Assembly: GCF_032062105.1 (NCBI RefSeq)
Contig: NW_026923704.1
Location: 62,001 to 126,000, forward strand
Direction: 5' to 3'
DNA: 64,000 bases
Origin: Saccostrea cucullata
Taxonomy: Eukaryota
Each line of letters begins with the position of its first letter. The first letter of the stretch is position 1. Made by a program: the position numbers and the translations under genes. Positions 1 through 12,069 of the stretch are shown piece by piece. Below the pieces are notes generated by a model that saw only the letters and a list, made by a program, of their open reading frames with translations, was not told where the DNA came from and made no database searches.

Positions 1-199
1 AAATGTATTGCATTTTTTATGCAGACATAGTTAAAAGAGCTCATTAATCAAATTAAAAATGAATGTTTTAAAGAATTTGAAAAACTAATACCAGTACAAA
101 TGTGCCAATGCTTGTGACCATTACATATATACAGTACCAAGAGTCCCATGGGCCACAAGGCTCAACTGAGTAATTTTGGTGCTGCTGTTCTTTACCAGA

Positions 200-590
200 T
201 TTCCCCCTTGCAATACCTATATGTGGTTCTGTCCAACCCCTGTGACCCATTACATGTATTTAAACAATTTAGAATCTGCAATATGCCAGAACGCTTCCAC
301 ATAAGTTTTTTCTGGTCCAGAGGTTCTTGATAAATTTTTAAAATATTTTTCCTGTATGTTTCAATGTAAAACTTAGAATCCCTATTTTGGCTAAACCATT
401 TACCTCAGGGAGTCATGATTTGAAGAATTTAGAATCTCTGCTACCCCAGGATGCTTCCATATAAAATTCAGCTTTTCTAGCCCAGTGGTTTATGAGAAGA
501 TTTTTTATCCTATATTTCAATGTAAAACTTGATTCCCTTTTGTGCCCACCCTAACCCCCCAGAGACCATGATTTGAACAGTTAAGAATCA
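200..590 (-). repeat. Degenerate ~165-bp satellite units of a Helentron-type element (reverse orientation)
   Basis: Recurring motifs (gcttccatataa, aatgtaaaactt, catgatttgaa) are reverse complements of the units in the 20677-22313 array. Confidence 0.5.
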
Positions 591-2007
591 TTTAAGTATA
601 TAGGCTTTGAAATCATACCATTTTATCTTGAGCAGGTAAAATCTTTTCAGTCCGAAGTTCAAGCAAAAGTGAAGCTTCTTCTAACTGGTTTGAGGACTGC
701 AATAAAAATGAAATTAAATGCAAACATCACAGAAAACAGACCAAGGAATGTCTTGCTGTTAACAATTAAAAGTTCTGTAATTGATTGCCATTGCTATAGT
801 GCATATTGTAAACAATTCATGCAATCAAAGTTATGAAAGAGTAATGAAAATGATATTCCAAAATGTTATGCTCTATAAGCTTCTATACATTAATCTTTTA
901 TTAATTTTAAATTCTTCAAAGCATTCCATGAAATAATAATCACATCATACTTAAGGAAGCTAAGGGGTCAACAAATTAGCCATCAGATATTACTTAAATT
1001 TTTAGATATGATATATTAATCTGTCAACTATCATTTGGCAAAGAAAAATTTCATACATTTTTAGCTTTAAAATTTGATCATTTTTGTATATCTATATATG
1101 GAGCTCTTCTCCTAAAGGAGATCAATATAGTCTAAAAATGGCCACAACCCCCAGAACCCTTAACATGACATGAGTTGTCTTACTTCTTACCATATTGACA
1201 TTTGACAGTGTTGTGTATAAGGTTCAACTCTGCATCGAAGAGTCATCTTGCCCATGTTCTTTTGATAATCTGTAAAACATAACATTATATCCACATGTTT
1301 GTAAGTGTATTTTAAGTCTGCTAAAGCCTAAAGTAAATGTTCAACAGAAAAAAATTAAGCAAGTACATCATGAACATGCTCATAATATACACATGCATTT
1401 TGAAAAAAAAAATCTTACTCTAAAGATCCGTAATAAGAGTTACTAGTACATCAAACCAAGGGTCATGATGTGGAAGCGGGCTCTTAAAGAATGCTGGGAT
1501 ATAATTTCCAAATTGTTTCTATACAGTTTGGACCACTAGCGTATTCCCATCGACATCATGTCATGAATTTAAAATAATGTATACCAGGCAGCAATTTTCC
1601 TTGATGTATCATAATAATGTAGATTATCATTTGTTATTAAATGGTACAATGAACATGTCCATTTTCTGCTGTATCCCAATTCATAAATCCTCCCTTGTTT
1701 GGGGGAAGAATAGTCCCTTTATTCTCTTTAGAAGTCAACATATTTTAAGCTCCAAAGAAAAATATAAAGTTATTTTGTTTTCATTTCATAATTTAATTTT
1801 GGTTGTAAATTTAAGTGTCATTTGATTGGATAAAAAATTAATCTAAATTGTATAATCTGGTTCGCATACCTCACAATGACTAATTCATCAAAAATATATC
1901 AATCTGCTTGACGTTACGTTTAAAATATGAACAATTTGAAGGCTTTTTAAGGGAGAAATTGTCTTGTTTTATATACTTATAATGATTAAAAATTAAATTA
2001 TAAGGAA

Positions 2008-2147
2008 TGAATTAAATAGCAACCCAAATTATACAGCTATATCCTGGGTTGGAGCAGTTTACGCCTTTTATAAACCGCTTTGTGGTTTATAAGCGGCAAC
2101 TGCCCCATCCCAGCTTATACATTTTAATTTGGGTTGCTATTTAATTC
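2008..2147. mobile_element. Palindromic MITE-like element
   Basis: Arms gaattaaatagcaacccaaatt / aatttgggttgctatttaattc, with further internal inverted complementarity. Confidence 0.6.
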
Positions 2148-2201
2148 GTGACATTATAATAATAAGTACCATAAAGATATGCTAGTCTATGTGCAATCAA
2201 A

Positions 2202-2400
2202 TATAATAAGGAATCACTGTCTAGATTGTTGGGTATGCCTGGGCATCAATGATAGTTGGAAACGTTACATGGGATAATTTGCATGATGGGCCAAACCATA
2301 GTTTGAAACAAGGAATATGCATATAATTATCCCATGTTTCCAATTATTGTTGATGTCCCTGGCATACCCAACAAACTAGACAGTGATTCCTTTTATTATA
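2202..2400. mobile_element. Palindromic non-autonomous DNA element (same family at ~29061-29222)
   Basis: Long inverted arms aaggaatcactgtctag...ctagacagtgattcctt. The related copy near 29061-29222 also shares downstream sequence (2766-3020 vs 29221-29510). Confidence 0.6.
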
Positions 2401-3759
2401 TACCTAACGTGGATCACTCAATTTTACAAACAATCACGTGACGTCGTGTGACTTTCCGGATCACCACACTGTTATCCATATCACCACTCTCTGAAACTGA
2501 TGACATAGTATGCAAAAACATGACATCATTTTTCTTGCACGTTAAAAAATCCCTTGTTATTATGCTTTGTTTTATGGATAAATGTTATACTAAGTTTTCT
2601 TTTGCTATATTTTTCTAGTTAAAAGGGGGTATATAATAAATTTATCATTATAACAATTTCAGTAGATCATCAGATCAAACTCGACGCTTCGTGTCTCATT
2701 AAATGATCCGGCAGACTCGACGTGATACGACCCGTCAGATCAAGTTACTGTTATAATAATATGTATATATTTCCATTTCATTGTGAAATAAAATTGTAAA
2801 TTTAGATTTTAAAAATGTTGTCTAATAGATTTAAAATACATGAGGCCTCCCATGTAAATTTCAGTAGTCCCCGCCCACTGACGTCAGACATAAAAGGCAG
2901 ACACACGTCAAGATCAACATGTAGTCTTAGTTTAGCTCCTGACATTTACATTACCATTCCAGAAGAATGATCAAAAATCCAATTATACCTACCGTAACTT
3001 TCAAAGAGTTATTAGAAATGCAGATATAAATAATAATTAATTTCATTAGTTTAATTGTTCTAGCTGTTTCATTATATCACAAAACATTTTTTACTATGTT
3101 TTCAGGCAACATGGATTGTGTTAGCCTCCTTGGGACATTAATATTGCCCTTGGTTCCACGTTGGGCAATATTTCATGCCCTGACAGCTATATATATAATG
3201 TACTGTACAAAATCAGTGTTGCTTTTGTAACGGGAGAGAAGAAAATGCAGCGGACCAGACCAGGATTCAAACATAGGCCCCCTGAATCTCCGGTCTGGCT
3301 GTACCAACTGAGCTTAAAATCTGGCCATCTGCGATCAAACCCGGCTGGCCGCCACACTCAATTTTACCCAGGCTGCGTCAACATTTTTGGAATACGTACG
3401 CCTATATGCAAGTATAATATGCAAAATTTCTCAAAACTTTAAGCGATAATACTGTGCAAGGGTTAATGCGGAGACAGTCAGACTAAGCATGCACGATTAT
3501 CAGCATCCGGTGCAATCAAAAAAGCAGAACTTGCATGCATCTTTATGCATCAACTTCCTGCCACTATACACCCTATTTCAATTTTGTCACCAAGCAGTCC
3601 TGAACATTTTACCTATTAAACATACAAACTAAACTGCTGTCAATATTTGCTGGAAAAATTGTAAGAAATTGGTGCTATTTGATTTGAAAACTGCAATTTC
3701 TATACCTTTTGGGACTCATGGTGCTATATGGTTGTCTCATTATCTCGCTTCGCTGTTAT

Positions 3760-3971
3760 TTTGGTCACGTGGTTGCCCCCACAATGCAATTCGTATTTCG
3801 ACTTTCCGTGCATCTTCCGTCTCGGAACTTTTCTACTTTCGATATCGAAAAAGCCCGAGACTAAATGTAAACAAGTCGGCAAGTGTGATTAATCGGTATT
3901 TACGCGGATTTTAAAACCGAATTGCCACTTTCTACAGCTGTTACAATCGTAAAGATAGTTATTAACAAAGG
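3760..3971 (+). promoter_or_regulatory. Putative promoter / non-coding first exon of JmjC copy 1
   Basis: CpG-richer patch with E-box GGTCACGTGG (3763-3772) and TTCCG/CGGAA motifs; donor-like AAAG|GTATGC at 3971; the first coding exon has an acceptor at 5503 upstream of its ATG, so a 5' UTR exon is expected. Confidence 0.35.
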
Positions 3972-5529
3972 TATGCTTATTAAATCGCATGATTTATTGA
4001 AAACCAGATGAATGAGATACGAACAGCATTGGAAAAGGAAGTGAAAATAGGTGTATCGTCACAACGAAAACGGACTGAAGAGGCATTGAGGAGTGGATCT
4101 TGAACTCGTGTGGTATGTTGTATTTAACACGATTGTATTTAATTTTTATATGGAAAGCGTTAAAGTTTCAATGTTGATTTCTTTATATGGTATTTTTATT
4201 TACCTGTTTAGTACAGGTGCAAAATGAATATTGCAGCTAGTACACCCCAACCATCCCTTGGTAAAACCTCCATATATAAATGTTATTTTTTAATTTAAAA
4301 AAATGAATGTGGCACACATCTTGTATAAAAGAAGCAAATGAAAACATGTATGTTGGTGTCATTTTCTGAGAGAAATAACTTTTGACTTAATATATGATTC
4401 CCAGCATACAGGTCAATCAAAACATAGAAATTGTTTTTCAACTGAATATGTTAATTCTCTTGTTTATATGTTCCACACAAAAATGAATTATATGTTAATT
4501 CTAAATGATGATGTAAATTTTTTTTTCTTTCTTTCTTTTTTTTTTAATTTACTGATCATGCTGATTAAGAAAAATCAAACCAGAAATAATTTAACATCTG
4601 TTAAAGTAATAAATTAATATATAGAGAATTATAATTAAGGATTTGAATTTTCATATTATTTCCTATACAACTATATAGAATGATCGTATGTTGTAAAAGA
4701 TGGTAAATATTTGTACCAGTTGAGAAGGAACTTTAAGAAGGATATGAGATCTATTTCTGTGATTATTAATTCGAGACATCCTGTTCAGTATGTCAAGTCT
4801 GTTAATTAATGAAACATAAAGACAAGAATTTTAATGAAGTTGATTAATAAAAAAAACAACCCCACCTAGCATCTGTTTGTTACACAATTACGGATCTTAA
4901 GGGCAATCTTCATGCAGGTAATATATAGAAACATTTTAGGAAGCATTTACTTGTTCCCTCTTTCATCCATATGTTCCACATGTTCCAGCTGAAATGAAAA
5001 ATAGGAGTTGAAATACTCTTTTCCATTTTATGCTTTGCATTATAAACAAATATCAGATTGATGAACTACCAGCTGTGTCATAACCTAAGGTGATTCTAAT
5101 GTGCAACTGCGGTGATCAGTCAGGGGCATAACTCAAACATTAGTTATCAGAAAAATAACTCATTATAAATAAGTAACCATTTAATAAATAGTACGTGATA
5201 CTGCACATTTATGACATAATGTAGCTAGACAGCAGTAAACAGTCAGGTACATTATGTATCAACCACTTTAAAAAAAAAATTAAAATTAAAAATATATATT
5301 AACTTTTGAACTTTGTTACATTATTTCGGAATTCAGATAACCCAATTCTTGGGTGTAGGCAATATTTTTTTGCAGCTTTATTGTTGACAGGACTGACATT
5401 TCTTTTTTTAATTAAATACATTTTGTGCAATTTAAAATTCCCTCCTTCGGCATGATGGAGAACAGTTCAACATTTTTTTTTAAATTCTCTTCTTTTTCAA
5501 TAGGAATTTAAGTTACGTGAGATAGTTGC

Positions 5530-8500
5530 ATGATGAAGAGCAATATTCTAGCTTTAGTGCTGATGGCAGTGGCACTTGGTGAAGTTATAGCCACCCCACC
5601 TGGACACTTGAAGCCCCTGGGAAGTCATATGGATCCCATTGGTGGGATCCCAGTCACTGGGAAGTTCCCCTCCCCCTGGGTTTTTCATGAGGAGTTTGTT
5701 AAGAAGAGTCAGCCATTGGTGATGAGGAAAGTCTTGGAGAGGGACAATATTCCAGCCTACCGACTGTGGACAGATAAATATCTCAGGTACAGTTATCATA
5801 AATTATTCTTGGCAGTTTTAAGCTCACTGAAGCCGAGAGCAATTGTAACACAAATGAGACAGAAGCCTACAGGTTTCTTGTTTCACTAAAATCAGCATAT
5901 TTTAAGTAATCTTTTAATAGTGACAGGGTAAAGGATAATATATTTCTTACATATATGAGCAATCTTCAACCTGCAGACTTAAATGTAACTAGAGGTATTG
6001 TGAGCAATGAGCTCACTAAATGATACCCCCACCTCCCATATGGTTATAATGGCAAAGTCCATGTATCATTGTGGCTGGAAAACCCAAAATATGTGTCGGA
6101 TTAAAAAGTAAAATAGGAGGTGCACAATGGCAATATGTAGTAAAGATTCTGTGAATGTTTCATTGAATTTCACTCAGTGGTATAAGAGGAGTTGCGAATA
6201 AGAGATCGGTACCCCAAAGCGTAACAGACAGACGGACATACCGATTACTATATACCCTCCCGCTTTTCAAGCGGGGGTATAATAAAATAGATTGACAGAA
6301 AAACACAATTAAATTTTGAGGCAATTACTCCTATTGTTCAAAGACACAAGGTCAAAAAGGTCTTTATTTCTTCATCTGTTTTTTTTTAAACTCTATTTCA
6401 AAATATCAAAGTCCTGCAGTCAGAAAGCTCTAGACTTTTTTTTTTAAAAATTCTTTTTATAAATATGACATTATATGCTTTGGTTTTCAGGGAGAATTTT
6501 GGAAATATCGATGTGGAGGTTGAAGTAGGTAAAAAGGAGAACCGGATGTCTGGGCTGGTGAAAAACATGACCATGTCCAAATTCCTTCATGTTTATCAAA
6601 CTGCAAATATCTACCAAGTGTTTGATCTCACACCAGAAATGAAAAGTAGGTTGACCTTTTACAAATCATAATTTCATGGCTGTACATGTATTGTTAATTG
6701 GTTACTAGGTATCAGTTACGAAATTTTATGTCTGTTGTATTATATTGTTTAATTTGGAAAAAAAACTATGGAAAATGTCTTTATAAAGCTCAGATTTTGG
6801 GTCTCGAAAAACACTGAACTCATAGGGTCTCCATTCGTTGCAGCCTGCAATATATTTACTGATAAATAAAGCTCTTCCTATGTTCAAGGACTTATTCATT
6901 ATTAGAGAAGACAAGTATTTCTGTTCATTAATAAATTTTATTTTTTTATTTTAATTAATGAAGAGGACTTTAACCTGCCCCTGAGCCTCCAGTGTGGGGG
7001 CTTCCAGAATTTCCTCCAGATGGTGATTATGTGGTTCAGTAGTGGTGGCACCAAGTCCCACCTCCATCACGACGCTCTGGACAACATCAACTGTCTCTTT
7101 GATGGAAAGAAAGAACTCATCCTTATTGATAAGGTATGGCTTAAAAATATGTAGTGGACCTATTTGTTTCCAGCAAATCAATTTTTATATTACAGCAAAA
7201 TGTGGAAATATAAACACTGATCAAGTACTTGTTTGCTTTTTACCCTTTTGAATTTAGTTTCAGCAAATTATGCAATCTATCATTAACTCAAACGATGACT
7301 GACATTTTTTATACCAAATTATAAGACCATTGTTTTGGCACACTGAAATTTCTAAAGGATTTTTCCATTTATCTGATCATGACAAGGAGCTTGAAAAGTG
7401 TGACTGGTCACCATAGGGTGCTCTCTCCTCCATGGCACCTGATCCCACCTTTGATATTTTTGGAGGTCCACAAAACCTCTGCTCCCAATTTGTATTGTTT
7501 AAACAAACCTTTAAGTCTGAGTACTTTTTCATTTCCATATGTCATTTCAACAGAAGTATCGCCACTTGGTTATGGAGCATGGGTGGAACAATAAAGGAGC
7601 TTTCAGCAATGTGGATGTAGAGTCAGTGGATATGTTTAAGTTTCCACAGCTACAGAATATCCCATACAACAGGATCACAATCAACAAAGGGGATTGTCTA
7701 TTTATACCATACAAGTGAGTAGATTGTTTATTTATACCATACAAGTGAGTAGATTGTCTATTTATACCATGCAAATGAGTAGATTGTCTATTTATACCAT
7801 ACAAGTGAGTAGATTGTCTGTTTATACAATACAAGTGAGTAGATTGTCTGTTTATACCATGCAAGTGAGTAGATTGTCTGTTTATACCATACAAGTGAGT
7901 AGATTGTTTATTTATACCATACAAGTGAGTAAATTGTTTATTTATACCATACAAGTGAGTAGATTATTTATTTATACCATACAAGTGAGTAGATTGTTTA
8001 TTTATACCATACAAGTGAGTAGATTGTTTATTTATACCATACAAGTGAGTAGATTGTTTATTTATACCATACAAGTGAGTAGATTGTCTGTTTATACCAT
8101 ACAAGTGAGTAGATTGTCTGTTTATACGTGAGTAGATTGTCTGTTTATACCATACAAGTGAGTAGATTGTTTATTTATACCATACAAGTGAGTAGATTGT
8201 TTATTTATACCATACAAGTGAGTAGATTGTTTATTTATACCATACAAGTGAGTAGATTGTCTGTTTATACCATACAAGTGAGTAAATTGTTTATTTATCC
8301 CATACAAGTGAGTAAATTGTTTATCTATCCCATACAAGTGAGGAGATTGTTTATTTATCCCATACAAGTGAGGAGATTATTTATTTATACCATACAAGTG
8401 AGGAGATTGTTTATTTATACCATACAAGTGAGGAGATTGTTTATTTATACCATAAAAGTGAGTAAATTGTTTATTTATACCATACAAGTGAGTAGATTGT

Positions 8501-11500
8501 CTATTTATACCATACAAGTGAGTAGATTGTTTATTTATACCATACAAGTGAGTAAATTGTTTATTTATACCATACAAGTGAGTAGATTGTTTATTTATAC
8601 CATACAAGTGAGGAGATTATTTATTTATACCATGCAAGTGAGTAGATTGTTTATTTATACCATACAAGTGAGTAGATTGTTTATTTATACCATACAAGTG
8701 AGTAGATTATTTATTTATACCATACAAGTGAGTAGATTGTCTATTTATACCATACAAGTGAGTAGATTGTTTATTTATACCATACAAGTGAGTAGATTGT
8801 TTATTTATACCATACAAGTGAGTAGATTATTTATTTATACCATACAAGTGAGTAGATTGTCTATTTATACCATACAAGTGAGTAGATTGTTTATTTATAC
8901 CATACAAGTGAGTAAATTGTTTATTTATACCATAAACATCATAAAAGTGAGTAGATTGTTTATTTATACCATAAAAGTGAGTAGATTAATTATTTATACA
9001 ATACAAATGAGTAGATTATTAGTTATCAAGGTTCAATCAAGGGTATGTGGGATCTACTCCAGGTTTAATTTATGATTAATATACCCTTGCATGGCAAAAT
9101 TTGACAGAAATGAATTTTTATAAAACTTGACAATTTTAACAAGGAATGAGTCATTTTAACCAATGAGAGTTATCTCTCTTATTAGAGGGTCGATGAACCT
9201 TAATCTGTGTTCCCTTGCAGATGGTTACATTATGTTGATTCCAAACCGGGAAGAAACTTGGCTGTCAATTTTTGGTTCCATCATTTACCTTGGTTTAACA
9301 GCTCGGATCCAGAGTGTGAGGGGTTGGATCCATACCAGAATTCTAGTATCCCCCTACCTACTCTAAAACAGGCAGATCCTGATGCAGAATTCAAGTACAT
9401 AAAAGCCATTCCAATCATAATTAGATTTTCTCAGATTAAAGTTCATTTAAGCTTTGATTTTATTTTATTTATTCCAAATTGAAAAAGATTTTGTACATAT
9501 GATTTGCCATTTATTTTGGCAAATACAGTAAAATACATTTATGCTTATAATTGAGTGCCAAGGATGGGCGATTTTGTTTCGTTGTAAACAAAATTCATAA
9601 TTTATATCCCTTAGCCTCATAATATGTTTAAAACCCACAGAGAATAAAATTTAATTTGCTATACACATCAATGTATTGTATGCATGTTCACAATGAGTGT
9701 GTTTAACGTTTTTTTTTTTTTTTTTGCTCACCTTAGTCACTCAGTATGCCTTTTGGAAAGAAATGAATGATTAAGGATTAGAACTTTGTATTGTTTTCCC
9801 CCACAGAATGCTTTTCTTGGAACTGTTTGAGGATGTCATGAGTTTCTACAAGAGGTCTTTCAGTGAATACATGCAGCGGGAAATCCCCTCCATTACACAG
9901 GAGGATGTGGAAAGTCTAAATCAGGTATAAATTGTGCCAGTGAAATGTCTTACTTCAACAATAGCAGATGTATATAAGTGTATAAGAAACAAACTACTGG
10001 GCCAATTTCAACCAAACTTGCAAGTATCCTTGGTTGAAGGGATTAAAGTTTGTTCAAGATTCAAGTTTGTTCAAATGAAGGGCCACACCCTCTTCCAAGG
10101 GGAGATAATTACAAATTAGTGAAAAATTAATGGTATCTTTTGAAATCTTCTTCTCAAGAACCACTGGGCCAGGAAAGATGAAATTCATGTGAAGTCATCC
10201 TCAGATAGTGTAAATTTGAGTTTCTTCAACTCATGACACCCAGGATTAGGGTGGGGCTACAATGGACAATAAATTTTTTTCATGGGAACACAAAGGAAAA
10301 ATCTTTGAAATTCTTCTCCTCAAGAACAACATGGCCATGATTGGTCATATTTAAATGGAAGCATATGGTAGAGTAGATATAAGTTTATTCAAATCATGAC
10401 CCCCAGAGGTAGGGTGGGACCTCAATGGATGAGCAAGTTTTACATAGGAATATGCATTGAGGTAAAATCCTTTAAAATCTCCTTCTCCAGAACAGCAAAG
10501 ACATAATTGGTCATATTTATATGGAAATATCCACATAAAGTGTATATTCAAATTTGTTCTAATAATGACCCCACGAGGTAGGGCTGGGCCGCAATGGACA
10601 ATATATAGGTAAATTCTTTAAAAAAATTTATTTTCAAATATAACAATACATGTATCATGATTAATCATTCATATTTATACGTGAATGGAAGTATCCTCAG
10701 GTAGAGTTGATTCAAGTTTTATCAAATCATGACCCCCCATGGTTAGGGTTGGGCCACAAGGGACGATCAAGTTTTTACATAGAAATATATTTGAGAAAAT
10801 TTTTATAAATCTTCTTTAGAGCAGAAAAGCAATTATCGGACTTATTTATAAGGAAGTATTCAAAGGTACTGTAGATTATTATCGTTATCCAGGTTCAATA
10901 AAGGGTGCACAGGGATTTACCTGGGGTTTTATTCTATACATCCAAAGGCTGAATGGTGAAAATCCCCATACACCCTTGATTGAACCAGGATAATAAATTT
11001 ATTTCCTTATGTACATCCAAAAATTCTCTGATAATACAAGTCCAATCAACTGTGTCTCAACCTATTGATAAGGGTTTCTACATACTACAATGCATCGTGA
11101 CATCATGGTATTTGCTATTTATCATAGGAAAACTGCTTTGTAACATCATGTTATTTAACCCCAGTTTAAGTTAATGGTTTTACGGAAATTTACACCCAGT
11201 TTGCCAACCAATCAAATCTTGTGCTAGATAGATAGGAAATAATCAAACTTGTCCCAATCAGGACCCCTCGGGCTGATTTGAGCAGAGTTTTATAAATATA
11301 TATGAATACAAAGGGAAAATCTTTTCCAGAACAACAAAGCCACAATTAGTCATAGTGATATGGAATCACCCTTGGGTGGTGAAGATTCCAGTTTGTTCAT
11401 ATCATGACCATTGGGAGCTAAGGGTTGACCTTATTAGGGCTCAAATTTTTAAAAGGATTGTATAGGACAAAATCTTTTGTTTAAGAACACCAAATCCATT

Positions 11501-12069
11501 GTTATTGATATGGAAGCATCCACATGTAGTTTAGATTTTTCGTGCTTTTTCTAGCCAATGTGGTCAGGTGAGCAGTATGGCCCATGGGCCTCTTGTTTGC
11601 TTTTAAAATAAACCATACATAATGCATTTTTAAATAGAAATGTTCTAGTATAGATCATGCTTATAACATAATCATATGAAATATCATATTTCAGGTCTTC
11701 TCTAAGATTGATAAGGATGGTAACAAAGTGTTAACCTGGGATGAATTATTTTCAATGGACATGAACGCAGCCATAGAAGATTTTCCCAAACTGTTTGGCA
11801 AGATAATCTCCAATTTAACAGGGGATGTTATTTTATTTGATGAGAAAGAAGAAGAAAATATAGAGTTATCCACGGAAAAGAATCCAGAGGAGCTTGTAGT
11901 TGAGGATTCAGATAGTACACAGGATGGAGGTCAAAGGTCACATGATGACCGACCTTCACCTGTAAAAACTCCTGATGACCTTGAGAAGGAGAAACTGATT
12001 AAAATGGCGGATGATGGGAATTTGGTCATGGAAGAGGAACCATTAAGGAGTCCTCATGAGGAACTGTGA
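5530..12069 (+). CDS. Signal-peptide JmjC (Cupin_8, JMJD5/JMJD7/FIH/TYW5-like) 2OG-Fe(II) oxygenase with EF-hand and HEEL ER-retrieval signal, copy 1 (469 aa)
   Basis: Exons 5530-5786, 6491-6645, 6964-7133, 7554-7714, 9221-9394, 9807-9924 and 11695-12069 join in frame (1410 nt), all GT-AG. Hydrophobic N-terminus; WFSSGGTKSHLHHDALDNINC (HxD); GDCLFIPYKWLHYV (distal His); EF-loop DKDGNKVLTWDE; ends PHEEL*. Confidence 0.9.
5988..6285 (-). mobile_element. Short non-autonomous Helentron-like element in intron 1
   Basis: aactagagg start with gtgagc..gctcac hairpin, acagacagacggac microsatellite, terminal cccgc-ttttcaa-gcggg hairpin followed by tataataa. Confidence 0.55.
7692..9020 (+). repeat. 30-bp minisatellite (~44 units) built from the exon-4/intron-4 junction of JmjC copy 1
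   Basis: Unit GATTGT(T/C)T(A/G)TTTATACCATACAAGTGAGTA. The first unit is the real exon end (DCLFIPYK) and donor at 7715. One 23-bp unit (7-bp deletion) near 8128. Confidence 0.95.
9985..11598 (+). mobile_element. Degenerate Helentron-type element with ~165-bp internal repeats in intron 6
   Basis: Repeated aaatcttcttctcaagaac / catgacccc / agtttttacatagg motifs; 3' end caggtgagcagtatggcccatgggcctcttgtt matches the end at 22281-22313. Confidence 0.7.
10878..10998. mobile_element. Palindromic MITE nested in the intron-6 element
   Basis: Inverted arms ttatccaggttcaataaagggtg ... cacccttgattgaaccaggataa; a left-arm fragment also occurs at 9022-9055. Confidence 0.6.

Noticed and set aside
7692-9020. 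CRISPR array, or poly-selenocysteine tract (in-frame TGA every 10 codons)
   Set aside because: No spacers and a eukaryotic context. The TGA is simply part of the GTGAGT donor, the paralog splices at the same site, and I saw no SECIS evidence
7547-9075. Long repetitive ORFs on both strands (SRLFIYTIQV / HLYGINKQST, up to 315 aa)
   Set aside because: By-products of a 30-bp unit that lacks stops in those frames; not the frame of the host gene
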